A DNA stretch of 64,000 bases from Camelus dromedarius (Eukaryota), in contig NC_087447.1 in NCBI RefSeq assembly GCF_036321535.1, positions 37,264,001 through 37,328,000 on the forward strand, read 5' to 3'. Shown piece after piece: positions 23,581 through 36,180 of this stretch (position 1 is its first letter; every line of letters begins with the position of its first letter). The notes below the pieces were generated by a model. That model had not been told where the DNA came from and did not search any database. It saw only the letters and a list, made by a program, of their open reading frames with translations. The position numbers and the translations under genes are program-made.

Positions 23581-24629
23581 AAGGTAGACATAAAGACGAC
23601 TGTTTCTTAGCCTTGGAAAGGAGGCTCAGAAGGGTAAGGAACTCTCCCAAGACCACACAAACAGAAGGAGCAGAGTCCGGGCTGAGTCCTGACCCAGCGC
23701 CCTCCTCCTGGGCTATGTTCTGGGCAGCCCTGTCCCCCGACTCGAGCTCTCCCCCTGCATCTAGCTTTTAACAAAAGCAAGAGTCACTCCTGGAGCAGCC
23801 AGATGTAGCCCAGCAGTGGGAACCCAAACCAAGAGGAATTCACTCTCCATAAATTATGCTTTAATAGATGTCAATTATTAATTCCTAAATAAATATTTGT
23901 TAATATTCAAAAGAGTTTGCCTACTAAGAAAAACTCAGGCTACACAGAATAATTAGTGCTTCTCACTGTGCGATGACTGCGGCCCATAATGATTTTTTTT
24001 CCCCTGTTCTGCATCTTTATTTTTCCTGAACTGTGAATGCCTGGCTGTGTCAGGTTTCCTGGGGGTTTGGCTGGCCCTCCCTGAGTGGTTTTGGTTGGAG
24101 GTGTGTGCAAGGGAAGGATGCAAACTGCTCCACGAAGGAAGCTTCCATACTGGCCAGAGGGTCTTTCTCTTTTGTCTCTGTAGGGCAAGATTTTGTTAAA
24201 AAGTAGGAGCTGTCACATGTCTAAGGAGAAGGAATTGTAGATCTAGTCAAAAAGTGGAAAAAACGCAATTCAATTTAAGGGCAACCTCATGTAACATATC
24301 ACAGTATTGAGCACTGTGCTGGGCCAGGTTAGCAGGCAAGGGTGGGGGCAGATACAGGACAGAATGGGTGTGCCTCCAGGGTTCCAGGAGCGTGAGACTA
24401 CTAAGGGAGAGCGGCCTGATAAGTTCTTAGCACGAGAGAGAATGAAATCAGTCCACGAGAGAGGATTTGACAAAATACCAGGGAAACTGGAAAAGCTGGA
24501 AATCATATCAAATTGGGGCCAAGGGAAGGAACAGATTCATGAGGGAAGTAGAATTTGAGACAGACCTCAAGGAATGGACAGGATTTTGAAAGGCCAAGAT
24601 TGGGTTGCATTTGAGTTTGACTGGCCACT

Positions 24630-25440
24630 CATTCACTTTCCCCTCACTTAAGATACATTTATGTGGAGCAACTAGTAGGTGCCAAGCCCTGGTCTGGGTA
24701 CTGGAGATGTAAAATAATAATCAAATTGGGTCTGTGAACTTAGAGTTTACATTCCAGTGAGTGACATATAAAAATGACAAATAAACTGTCACCTAATAAT
24801 GTCACATGTAGTATAAAAATAGTTGTAATACATGAGATATGGATCCAACAGAATGACCACCTCCACCAGGAGGGCAGAGGAGGCTTCAAGAAGTGAGAAC
24901 TTTAGTTCGAGATCCTGAAGGATTCATCCAGTCAATTATTTGCCCACAGGATATATTTCCTGAATGTCTATATGTGTCAGACACTCATTATGTGGGTTAG
25001 TGCAATGAACAAAACAGAGTAACAGACTTTTCTCATGGTATCTACATACTAAGAGCTCAACAAATTAAGGGGGTAGGACATTCGACCAGGGAGAAGAGAA
25101 TATGCAAGTTGTAGAGCTGCAGTATCACAGGATGTGACTGTAGCTAAGTGTGCACAGGGAGGGGGGCTGCCCGGAGGTGAGGCTAGAGAAGACATCAGGG
25201 CCACATTTGTAAGAACCCAGCAGGCTGAGCTAAACACTCTGAACTTTATCTAGAGACAATGCAAAGCCACGGAAGCTGATAAAGCTGAGTTTGAGAAAGG
25301 GGACATTGAGAGCTCTGTGGATACAGGACTGGAGAAAGATGAGGCTGGAGGCAAAAAGACCAGATAGGAGGTGATTGCAATAGCCCAGGGCACCTGTGAT
25401 GAGGGCCATATAAGGGGAAGGGGTGGGGGAATGGAGAAAG
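24630..25440 (-). mobile_element. L2 LINE fragments
   Basis: 'atttatgtggagcaactagtaggtgccaagccc', 'gaggctggaggcaaaaagaccagataggaggtgattgcaatagcccagg'. Confidence 0.75.
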
Positions 25441-25458
25441 GATGTGTTTGAATTGGAA

Positions 25459-25473
25459 GAGAGGTTCTTAACC

Positions 25474-25528
<55 letters not shown>

Positions 25529-25650
25529 TAAGCTCTTTCAGAGTCTAATGAAAGCTTCTTGTCTCATAACTCGGAAGCATGCTCATAACTCACCTACAAG
25601 TATTATTTTGTAAACAGCTTCAAAGGCATGAGTTCTAGAGTAAGAACCCT
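25459..25650. mobile_element. hAT-Charlie MITE (MER103C-like) containing a (TG)n expansion
   Basis: Inverted termini 'agaggttcttaacc' ... 'agtaagaaccct'; internal 'gagtctaatgaaagct'. Confidence 0.55.
25475..25526 (+). repeat. (TG)26 microsatellite
   Basis: Perfect dinucleotide run. Confidence 0.97.
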
Positions 25651-27180
25651 TGAGTTATAAGCTGGGGTGCATGGGGGCCAGGAGTTGCACACATAAAATA
25701 GGAAGCTACAGCAGCTGGGTATGGATCAGGCCCTATTTTAATTCCCCTTTCAGGGGCCACCTTCTTGACCCTTCCTCTGACTGCTCAGTATCCCAGGCCA
25801 CAGACCCTGCAGCTGCCCCATGGACTTGCACATCCCCTATTCCTACCAGATCAGGCGTGTGCTTGTCTCCATCACTCAGACCCTGCCCTGAGCCAGGAAC
25901 GGAGGGGGCAAGTTCCTTTCTGCCTTTCCCATCCTGGTGGAAAGTCAGAGTATTTCCCTGGTGGTACCAGTACCTCAGGGTCCAGGTACACGAGCATCTC
26001 CTCACAGATACCAGAGGACTAGAGCTGGGAGGACCAGCAGACATCAACAAGTCCCATTCCCTCACTGCCCAGATGGGAAAGTTCAGGGAGGTGAAGGAAG
26101 TTTCCCAAGGCCACATGAAGGGAGTGGCCGAGCTGGGACCAGAACACCCACCTGCTGATGTCTCGCTTCTTTTGCCCCTTCTAGCATGTGCTAATGTCAC
26201 CAAGATCACCAGGCAGCAAGCCTTCTGAGTATGTCCACACGCCCAATGCAGGGGCTCTGGGAAAGTTGAATGTAGACCATGAGAGAGGAAGGGTTTTGGC
26301 TGCCCCGAATGCTCACCAGTTTGTTCTGCCTGCCTCACCATCCCACATCTGGAAAACAGGGGACCTCACTGTTCACCTCCCTGAGCACCGCGATTCCTCA
26401 GCAGTAAGATGAGGGTAACGATACTCAAATCCCAGGGGTGTCGCGTGTATTGAAGGGAAAGAGAATGTAAATGGACTCACACGATCCACTCAGGAAGTGC
26501 TCTTTCCTGTCTTTCTTCTTGGCCCTTCTTCCCACACTCACCGGAACAGTGCAAGGTTGAGTTTGTGTTCAGAGAAGAAGGCAGAAGCTGAATTTGCCTT
26601 TGTTGTGGCCCAGGATTCCATCATTTTCCACATAGTATATTTTCTCATAAATCAACTTATACCTTTAAAGGGACACTTAGAAACGAAGTCTAAAAAAGAA
26701 CATAAGCACAAGAAGACAGAGCTGGGATGTCCCTGTCATAAGTCACAGGGATGCTGAGGCCCAGTGGGCTGGCTGGGCCTGGCCTAACAGACAGCAAGGG
26801 GGAAATCGCATCTTACATAATTGGGTGAGTGGCCTCCCCAGTGGCACGGCCCCAGCCCCTTCTGAGGGATCTCACAGTTTCATGGGTAGCCATGCTGCTG
26901 GGCAGGACAAGAACAGGGGCCAATGAGAGACAGTGGGGTCCAGGGAGGCAGGATCTGGACTCAAATCAAAGGGAGATGTAATGTTCAGTTGTCTGGGGTA
27001 ATCCTGATTACTTTGATTCTGGAGTGTGGACATGAAGTGTGAGGGCTTGGGAAAAACAAAGGGTCCAATAGTGGTTTCTAACTTAAAGTTGTGTGTATTT
27101 AGACCACTTGCTTAGACTCTCCAAGCATCAGTTTCCTTGTTTCTCCACCCATCGGTTAAACATAATAATAGGATTCAACT

Positions 27181-27958
27181 TGAATGTAAATTGGTGCAGC
27201 TGCTATGGAAAACAGTATGGAGGTTCTTTAAAAACTAAAAATAGAGCTACCATATTATCCAACAATCCCACTCCTGGACAAATACCTGGAAAAGACAAAA
27301 ACTCTAATTCTAAAAGATACATGCACCTCAGTGTTCACAGCAGCACTATTTACAATAGCCAGACATGAAGCAACCTAAGTGCCCATTGACAGATGATTGG
27401 ATAAAGATGTACATACATGCAAGGGAATACTACTCAGCCATAAAAAAGAATGAAATAATGCAATTTGCAGCAACATGGGTGGACTTAGAGATTATCATAC
27501 CGAGTGAAGCTAAAGTATGGCTAGTTCACATAATAGAACAGTGGAAGATAGATGAAGACAAATATATAATATATATAGTATATATTATATAATATAATAT
27601 ATGTAATATCACTTATATGTGGAATCTGAAAAATAATACAAATTAATTTCCTTACAAAACAGAAACAGACTCAAAGATACAGAAAACAATTGTATGATTA
27701 CCAAAGGGGAAAGGCAGAGGAAGGGATAAACTAAGAGTATGGGATTAGTGGATACAAATGACTTTATATAAAACAGGTAAACAACAACAACAAGGATTTA
27801 CTGTCTAGTGGAGAGAACTATATTCAATATCTTGTAATGAACCATAATGGAAAAGAATCTGAAAAAATATATATGTAACTGAATCACTTTGCTGTATACC
27901 TGAAACTAATACAATATTGTAAGTCAACTATATTCAATAAAATTTTCTAAATTAAAAA
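27181..27958 (+). mobile_element. 5'-truncated L1 (ORF2 end, 3' UTR, A tail) inserted in a MIR
   Basis: 'KQPKCPLTDDWIK...EYYSAIKKNEIMQFAATWVDLEIII' ORF2p C-terminus; AATAAA and A tail; TSD AATAGGATTCA at 27167-27177 and 27959-27969. Confidence 0.95.
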
Positions 27959-28199
27959 AATAGGATTCACTCGATGTTGAGTTGGGGATTGAGTGTGATG
28001 AAGTCTGTGAAGTGGCTGGCGCTGAGCCTGTGTTAGGTAATGGTCAAAGAATCCGCTAAGGCACAAACAAGAACTGGAGGGCGGCATGCAGGCGCCCCTG
28101 GAGGCAGCTGGGGTTGGCTCTGCCTCGACAGCTGCCTGAGTCCTTCTGTAGCCTATGGCTATTTTTTTTTTTCAGCTAAACCTTTTAAGAAAAGAAAAT

Positions 28200-28855
28200 G
28201 TCCATTTAGAGACATGTGCAACTCATGTAGCTTGGTGAATTTTCTCCAAGTACACACACTCATGAAACTGGTCCTCAGGTCAAGAAAGTGTCCCTCATGT
28301 GCTTTTAAGGTCCATACCTAGTCCCTTTGGTAACCCCTTTCTAACAATGTGGATTAGTAGTGTTTGTGCTTGAACTTTATATAAATGGAATCATACGATG
28401 TATCTCCTTTTGTGTTTGGCTCCTTTCAATCAGCATTGTGTTTGTGAGAGCCATCCAAGTTGTTGTATGTAGCAGTAATTTATTCTTATTGCAGGCAGTA
28501 TTCTATTATGTGAACTAGCCATACTTTATTTATCCATGCTGTGGGTGATGGGTGTCTGCACCGTGCTCGGTGCTTGATTACTAGCAGTAGTGCTGCTAGA
28601 CCAATCTCACACATGACTTTTGATGAACATATGTATGCTTTTCTGTTGGTTATATGTTAGATTGAATCAAATTAAATTTCAATTTTCATAGATCAAAAAC
28701 AGCCAGATGTTGGCAGTTTCCTATGGTTCAATGCAGTACTTAAGAGTAGAAAAGCTGGGTGTTATGGCAACTTTAGTAGATACTGACAATGCTTCTGCAA
28801 AGTGGTGGTAGGTACCAACTTACACTCCCACGAGTAGTGTGGAAGGTTCCAATTT
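28200..28855 (-). mobile_element. Old L1ME-like 3' end fragment
   Basis: 'tgaactttatataaatggaatcatac...ttgtgtttggctcctttca...ccaacttacactccca'. Confidence 0.8.
28655..28738. mobile_element. MADE2 mariner MITE nested in L1ME
   Basis: ~80-bp degenerate palindrome 'ttagattgaatc...gatcaaaaacag...ggcagtttcctatggttcaa'. Confidence 0.75.
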
Positions 28856-28867
28856 TTACAGCTCTTT

Positions 28868-28981
28868 TTTTTTTTTTTCCTACCTTGATGAAACTTACTA
28901 TTTATTTATTTATTTATTTATTTTGAATATAGTTGGTATATAATATTGTGTTAATTTCTGGTGTCCAGCATAGTGATTTAG

Positions 28982-29018
<37 letters not shown>

Positions 29019-29026
29019 ACTTCTCA
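28868..29026 (-). mobile_element. Very short L1 3'-end insertion with a probable 3' transduction
   Basis: 12-bp TSD TTACAGCTCTTT (28856-28867, 29027-29038); L1 3' UTR end, (TAAA)n tail, ~22 nt unique tag, second poly(A). Confidence 0.8.
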
Positions 29027-29494
29027 TTACAGCTCTTTAAACAAAAGCTACCTGGGTCCCTCTGCTGAGTCTTAGCGATAAACATCTTCTGTTCTTATAG
29101 GCCCTTTTGTATCATGAATTCACAGTACTGTCTGTGTTTACCTTCCCTTAGGAAGGTCTTTTTGACAGTCCTAACCCTGACTGAACCACGTTTCAGTGTG
29201 TGAAGACTGTCTCCACATAGGACCAGTGTGATGGTAACAGAAGGAAAGAACAAAGTTCATCCCTTTCCAGTGATAACCTTAGAGAGCCTGAGCTTGATTA
29301 ATATTAGGGAGGGTGACATCTACCTATACCAATGATTTTCAGTTTGTCCCCAGACAGGAAATGGGAAATGCAAAATCTTCCCTCTTGCCCACAGCCAGAG
29401 AAGCTAGACATTTCCAGACTGTTGGGGTTGATGTCCAGCCACCCAACAGAAGCAGAGTGGGAGGCTCTCTTCTCCGTGGGCTTCCCATCCTTGG

Positions 29495-29778
29495 GCCAGG
29501 CAGTGCTGATATATCCATGAATCACAGTAGGCTCACTGCCCAGAGCCCATGATGCATTTAGGGATTCACAAAAACACTTTAACTTCTTTTAAAATCATAA
29601 AAAAATACTTTCAGGTTGAAAAAAAGTTTTATCTCGTATTAATATATTCATCTTTATGTGAACATTGTCATAAAATACAATTTTAAGTTTTTAAATTTTT
29701 TAATGTTTCATGGAGGAAGTTGCCCATGGAGGCAAAAGTGCCCTCTAGGGCTCATGAAAGTCATACTGCAGCCCCAGG
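29495..29778. mobile_element. Probable hAT-type MITE
   Basis: AT-rich centre with GC-richer, loosely inverted ends ('cagagcccatga' ... 'tagggctcatgaaag'). Confidence 0.4.
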
Positions 29779-30879
29779 GCCTGGATCAGAGAACCAGCTG
29801 AATTCTGCAAGTTGGATTATCCAGATTCATGGCCCTCTCTGCATTTAGTTCCCCTTGAAAATGTCTTTGCTAGTTCTATCCCTGGTTCTGTCATGCCCCA
29901 GGGATAAAGAAAAAAAAAGTATTGTGTCCAGAGTTGAGCTCAACCCTGAAAAGGCCCAGGGGAAGGTTTCATTTCACTTTATGGCCAAGAGTAGGGTAGG
30001 GTATAAAGGTTCCTTAGATCTGCCTCCAGAATTGGGGTGAAATCTGAATATTTAGGCAGCATGGACACACTCCCTTGAAAGGCAGGGGTGGGAGGCTCCA
30101 GTGAGGACAGGACTGTGCATTTTCTGGCTCCCAAGAGGATCCCAATATGAGCATCCGGCCCCTAGTGATGTCTCGACCTCAGGCCTGCTGTAGGTTCCTG
30201 TTTGTTTCCTCTTTGTTCTTTCCCCTGCAACATACACACACCCAGAGACTAATTTAAGGGCTGGAATCTGAGACATCCAGATCTTATTTCTTCCAAACAT
30301 GTCTCAGTTGGGCTGGCCTTCAAGGAAATATCAAATGATGAATTACTGTTTGCTGGCTGGAGGAATTTGAAAAGGACAAGCTATTTAAAACTCTGAGAAG
30401 AACAACCAGGTTGAGTATATTTTAATGGTATGGTGGGGGGATAAAAGTGTCATTTTGCAAAACACTGGTTATTAAAATATGCCCAGCATGGACCTGATCT
30501 ATTTTATTTTTGTGTCTCTATTTGAATTAAAGTAGAGAGGGAGATAGACAGGTAAACCAGTTCAGGAGAGTGAAAAAGAAGAGAGCAGAGGGAATGGATG
30601 CAGAGTCAAGAAGCCAAGATTCTCCAGCAGCTCTGCCATAAACTCGCTGTGTGATCCATGAAAAATGACCCAACCTCTCAGAACCTCAGTTCTTGTATCT
30701 GTAAAAAGAGGTGACTGGATAATCTGGAAAGTCTTCTCCAGCTTTCAAGGTTTAGCGCATAATAGGGGCTCCATTAAGTAATTATGAGGGAGTGTAAGTG
30801 TGAGTGGACCAATGTCATACAGATGTGAAATCTGGAGGTGGAAGTGGTAAGCGCGTCGACAATAGTGGCAGGACTGGGA

Positions 30880-31400
30880 AGCTGAGCCCATCTGCAGACA
30901 GCATTTGTACTGTCGTAAAAATAGCGTAACAAGATTATATTGAAATATCCCACTATTTAACTTAATAATTTAAATGTTTGCCTAATGAGGTGGACTTGAT
31001 TGGATTAGGGCATTCACAATTAATTTTGATAGATCATTTTACACATTGGAGGTGCATTCTTCTGAACCAGGAGGTGGAACGGAAGTGCAAAATGTTTACG
31101 TTCAAACGAGCATGTGATTTCGCAGAAAACATTAATCCCAGATCATGCGCACTAAGTCAATTTCAGAAATGGCTTCTAGGTTTATTATTAGAAATTGCTC
31201 TTCAAATATAAAAAGCTTGTAATAGAGTTCTGTCCATTTTTCCTTTGGCTGATGGAAGTTGTTTTATAAATATGCCTATGATATGATGTTTTCTTCATCC
31301 AAGCCTTTTGGTACTAATTGCAACTTTTTAAACAGTGTAAGTAGTAGCTGTCATGAACACTTTGAATCCTATCACAAATACCTATTTCTGAACAATTTAA
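30880..31400. promoter_or_regulatory. Candidate conserved non-coding enhancer
   Basis: Repeat-free, AT-rich, retains CpGs; GGATTA 31002, TGATAGAT 31027, TAATCC 31133, several TAAT cores. Confidence 0.55.
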
Positions 31401-31719
31401 CACTTAGGGGTGCATTCTTTCTTCAAATATTTTAAACTATTTTTCCCTTATTTTTTTGAAAATCACTTGAATTGGAAATTGTGAGACCTCCTCCATTCTT
31501 TTTTGTTGTTGTTGTTAAGAGAATATTATGATGTAATAGGAAAGTGGTTCACTCCCTATCTCTACCTCTTCAAAAGTCAAAGAGCCAAGAATGGTCATGT
31601 CTGCCCTTGGAGTTAGGAATGAGCAAGGGCAAGTGGCTTCTGGAAAGACAGATTGAAATCAGGCCATCAGTTCCATCCCAGAGTTCCAGGAAAACATGTT
31701 CCTCAGCACCACTGCTGTC

Positions 31720-32100
31720 AGATCAGAATTCCAGCTCTGTTTTCTATCAGAAAGCTATCTGATATAAGGAGTCCGCAGAGAGTTCTCTGTGTCTCAGTAT
31801 CCTCCTCTGAAAAATGGAGATAATTTGCCCAACCCAAACTAGTGAGGGTCGGAGGTCCTAGCTGTGACAAGGTTTGGTGAGACAGCATGCAGCGGTGGAA
31901 GCACTGCTTTGGGACCGGCTGACCACGGATCAAATCCCAGCTCTGCTTATTAGCTGTTCACCATAGGAAAGCCACTGGCCCTTTCTGAGACTCAAGTGCA
32001 TCCTTTGGTAAATGGGGACAATCACACATAATTGAGAGCGCTATGAGAATTAAAGGCTACATCCCTGGCACATGCTAGCAGCTCAGTGAATTTAGTTTCC
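31720..32100 (+). mobile_element. Two tandem MIRs
   Basis: 'tctctgtgtctcagtatcctcctctgaaaaatggaga' and 'tcaaatcccagctctgc...tctgagactcaag'. Confidence 0.75.
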
Positions 32101-32369
32101 TTCTCCTACTCTCCTTCTCTAGGAGAAAAGCATTCCCAAATTCAAGGTTCCATTGCCATTTTGGTTTCCTGGTGTGGTCCCCAGAAGGCTATGGCACTTT
32201 GCACCTGAGGCCCTGGTCTTCCAGGTCACAGCGGACAGATGAGGTTTACTCCACAGGTTACAAGCCATCTCTGTTGGCAGAAGCACCCAAATGCGCCTTA
32301 CTCCTCTGAAGTACAAGCTCTCTAATGAGATTTCATTCAACTCATTCTCTGTGAGGTTTCAGCAACCTT

Positions 32370-32810
32370 CATAATGAGGTCCAAATGCTTTTGCACAGCA
32401 TTCAGGACCATAGAAACCTGAGATCTGCTTACCCCTCTAGCCTTCTTTCCCTCTGTCACCGTGTCAGTCCTCTATCCACCCACATACCACTCCTCTCTGC
32501 TTACTCTATTCTGAGCACACAGCTCTCTCCAGCCCCAGGCTCTCTGCTTATAGTGACTGCTCCCTCATCCTGGGACGCCTTCTCTTCTGTTCTTCACCTG
32601 AAAACCTCTCCTGTTTCAAGGTCTAGCTAAAATGCCACCTCTTCTCTTACATCTTCTAGAATACAGCCAGCATGGCTTAATCAGGTCCTCTTTGAGTCTG
32701 GAACGTGTCCTTGGTGTAGAGATTATTCTGTGGATATTAAAGTGCGATAGGATCCCTCAGGAAACTGCCCTGTCTCTTCATCTCTGTGTCCCCAGAATCC
32801 TCAGAAACCA
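32370..32810 (+). mobile_element. L2 fragment
   Basis: 'tccaaatgcttttgcacagcattcagg...gctccctcatcctgggacgcc...ttcaaggtctagctaaaatgccacctc'. Confidence 0.65.
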
Positions 32811-33223
32811 AGCGAGTAAAAAAACTCTAAAAATCTCCCCACAATCTGTTGAAGTAGACACTATTATTGATTCATTTTCCACATGAAAAAAAAAAAAAAA
32901 CCAGGTTTCAGAGATACTAAGTAACTTGTCCAGTCACACAGCTAGTGGGTCATAGAATAGAGTGTTGAACCCAGAGGCTTTCACTTCAAAGTCTGTATCC
33001 TTTCCACTACTCTATAAACTTCTCCATGAGCACCTTTAATCTTTCACACAGCTCTGTGAGGTGGGCGGGAAGGCGTCTTTAGGGCTTCTTTACAAACGAG
33101 GAAACTGAGGCTTTGACAGGAGCAGTCACTTACTCAGCCTACATGACTAGACATGGGAGGAACTTCTGTCCCTGAATGTGGGTCTCTGCACAGCCACAGG
33201 CTGCCTGCTTTCCCTCAGAGACT

Positions 33224-33236
33224 TGCCACCTGCTGG
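33224..33236 (-). promoter_or_regulatory. CTCF core motif
   Basis: Reverse strand CCAGCAGGTGGCA matches CCASYAGRKGGCR. Confidence 0.4.
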
Positions 33237-33961
33237 GGGACCAGAGTAGGGAAGGTGAGGCCTGGGCTGTTACAACACCTGACGAATTCATGTGCCTCTC
33301 GGGGCCCCTCTGAGCCCCTTCCCCCAGAAGTGATGAGAAAATGACAAGGGGCACCTCAGTTCCCAAGAGATTCCAGTCACGCGAACTCCACCAATTAAGG
33401 CTAGAACGAAGTCATCTCCTGAAATAGCATTTTAATGAGTGATGGCTCTGGGATAAATTGTCATCTTGTGATCCCTCGTTAGAGAGCTTAATTAGATCCA
33501 TCATAAAACATATTGATCAATGGCCCTGAGCAGGTCCTCAGGACACTCACCATCCTCTGGAACATTTCTGCCCAGTGCTTGGTGGAGCCAGGATGGGAGC
33601 GGTCCTGGGGACCTGAGAGCTGCTGGGGCACAGGTCCTTTCCAAGCACCTGGGCACGTCTCCCCTAGTCCTTGCCTCCCTATTTTCTTTCCTTTCACAAA
33701 TACTTATTTAGCACCAACTGTATACCAGGCACTGTGCTGTTTTCATGCTTTAACTCATTTTGTCTTCACAAAAAGCCGTTCTTTCTGTATTTTGCAAATG
33801 GCAAAACTGAAGCTTGGAACATGGAACTGCTGGTAGGTGCCGTTCCAGCCAACTGACTTATCTTTCAGGCAATTTCTGGAGGGGTGGCTGACATAAGGAC
33901 AAGAGGGAAATTCATTTTATTAAACTCCTAATGCACGAAGCCTGTCACTCCGCTGTGCATG

Positions 33962-33993
33962 ATATATATACTATATGTGTTTGTGTATATGTA

Positions 33994-34047
<54 letters not shown>
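33962..34047 (+). repeat. Compound (TG)n(TA)n microsatellite within a MIR
   Basis: Direct reading. Confidence 0.95.
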
Positions 34048-34051
<4 letters not shown>

Positions 34052-34214
34052 GAGATTATATATAGTCTCCTTTAGCCTTCATATCAATCTCACGTGGTGA
34101 TAATTTTAACTGTTTTATAGTTGAGGAAACTGAGTCCCAGTAATGTTACTTGCTCAGAGTCATTCAGCCGGTGACTATCAGAGATTGGACTAGAACACGG
34201 CTTTGAGACACTGC

Positions 34215-34435
34215 AAAACCAGACAGATGAGGGTTCAAACCCAAGTCTTATCATATATTAGCTGTATAATTTGGGACAAATTATACAAATCTTCTGAGTA
34301 TCAGTCTCCACATCTACCATATTGGGAGTAATAACTGAACAGTGGCGTTATTGTGAGGATTAAATGGAATGATGCCTATGAAGTGTGCAGATAGTATCTG
34401 ACCCGTGTAAAGTGATCCGTAAATATTATTTTTCA
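34215..34435 (+). mobile_element. MIR SINE
   Basis: 'gggttcaaacccaag...ttagctgtataatttgggac...ttgtgaggattaaatgg'. Confidence 0.8.
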
Positions 34436-35779
34436 ATAAATACCTCGACTGTGTCCTCCTGGAAGAAAGCTACTTGCTTCCTTATCTGTTAAATGGGTGT
34501 AGTAAAACCTGCAGTAAAACTGCAGTAACACTTGCCCCAAAACAATTCATAGGGAAGCACTTTATCCCAGGTAAAGTACTCAAGCAGCACTTATCAATCA
34601 CCTTCTGTATGCCTGGGTGTTGACCAAAAGCTCGCAGTAACCATCTATTTTATGGACTTCCAGAGATGCTAGGAATTGCAAATCTTATTTAAATTCCTTT
34701 CAAAATTGTTATTAAAATAATGCATTTGCTCACAATGGTGATGGGGTGGGGGAGTGGCTCAAGAGGAAAAGGTGGGGGCAGGTTTAATAAGATCAGAGTG
34801 TTGAGACCTAAGAGGAAGGCAAGGTGGCCCAGGAAGTCTCAGCAGTGGGGCAAGAGTGCACTGATGCAATGGTCTGGGCTCAGCAGGGTGTGTGCACATG
34901 TGTCATGTGTCATTGCGTCTGTAGAGTGTATGTGTGTATGTATGTGTGTGCGGTGTGTACACCTTTGCCTGTGTATTGAGGTCAGCTTCCGTGAGAGGGT
35001 GACCTGTGTGCACTTGGAGATTTCTCCTTTTTTATTACAGCAAATGTAGCTTGAAAGCTGGGCATAGCGTAGCTTTTCCCCAAACACAGAACGCATCACA
35101 ATTTTTCTTTCAGAGAAAAAGGCTTCAAAATAACCCTCAGATGGTGAGTCTTCCTTTTTTTTTTTTCCCTCTCTTTCTGTCTTGCTCTTTCTCTGTCTCT
35201 CCATCTGTCTCTGTGTCTCTCTGCATCTCTGCTTTGGCATCCCTATTTATAGCTTAAAATGCTTTCATATTTTTACAGCGTATAAAATGTCCCTGTGATA
35301 CATAAAATAGTACACATTCGGGCTTGTAATTAGATCGGTGTTTCATCCCAAGTTCCACGCACTCTCGAGAACACTGGACATTGCATCTCACCCACCGCCC
35401 ACAGATACTGCCAGGCCTGAGTATCCTGCCCTAACCCCTTTTCAGGTTTTGTTTTCCCAGCTCCTGATGACAATCTTCCCGTCTGCCTACTCCCTGCTCC
35501 CTTTCAGCTCCTCTCCTGCTGCCTCCGAGGTGGGTTCAGCGTTCTTTCGCAGCAGTAGCTCAGAGCAGCCCAGACCTCCTCTCTTGGCAGAGCCGGAGCA
35601 ATTACTCCCTCCCAGAGCCAGCGGAATCTCTGAACACAATCACAAAATCCATTTCCCCAAACCGCCCCAGTACAAACACTCCTCAGGGAAAACGGGGAGA
35701 TGGGTCTCTTTTCCTATAACAAGGAGATACAGTTATTCAGAGAGGGGAAAAAAAAAAGGGGGAAGGAGAAATCGAGATT

Positions 35780-36180
35780 CATTTCTAACCCATCTGGACA
35801 CGTGTTAGAGAATATTATTGAGAACAATTAGAGACGTTTGAGTGAGGGGTTTATTTCTCACTTGCTTGTCAGGTCAGAAGACAATCTGTTTATTTTCCTG
35901 CTACAATTTTATTCAATAAACTGAAAGGATGGGAGCCGGGAAAGAGGGTATGAACAGGATGTGTGCTATCAATTTGTCAAATAAATAATCGTGCTTGGAA
36001 ACAACAGATTTTATTAATTAGACAGGATGGTGTATTATTACCATTAAAGTGTTATATTGCATTAATTTTTATATTTTACTCGGCTACTAATTACTGTAAA
36101 AGATATCGGGAATGAAGCAAAATAAAATCATGCAGCATTATACATAATGTAAAGACAGCGTGAATTAATTTGTCCGCGGC
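35780..36180. promoter_or_regulatory. Candidate highly conserved non-coding enhancer
   Basis: ~400 bp repeat-free AT-rich block between GC-rich flanks; TTAATTAG 36014, CTAATTA 36087, GAATTAATT 36162. Confidence 0.6.

Noticed and set aside
25650..26341. Overlapping 192-aa (+) and 202-aa (-) ORFs, the longest in the window
   Set aside because: No recognisable domain, partly MIR-derived, and in GC-rich DNA where long chance ORFs occur on both strands
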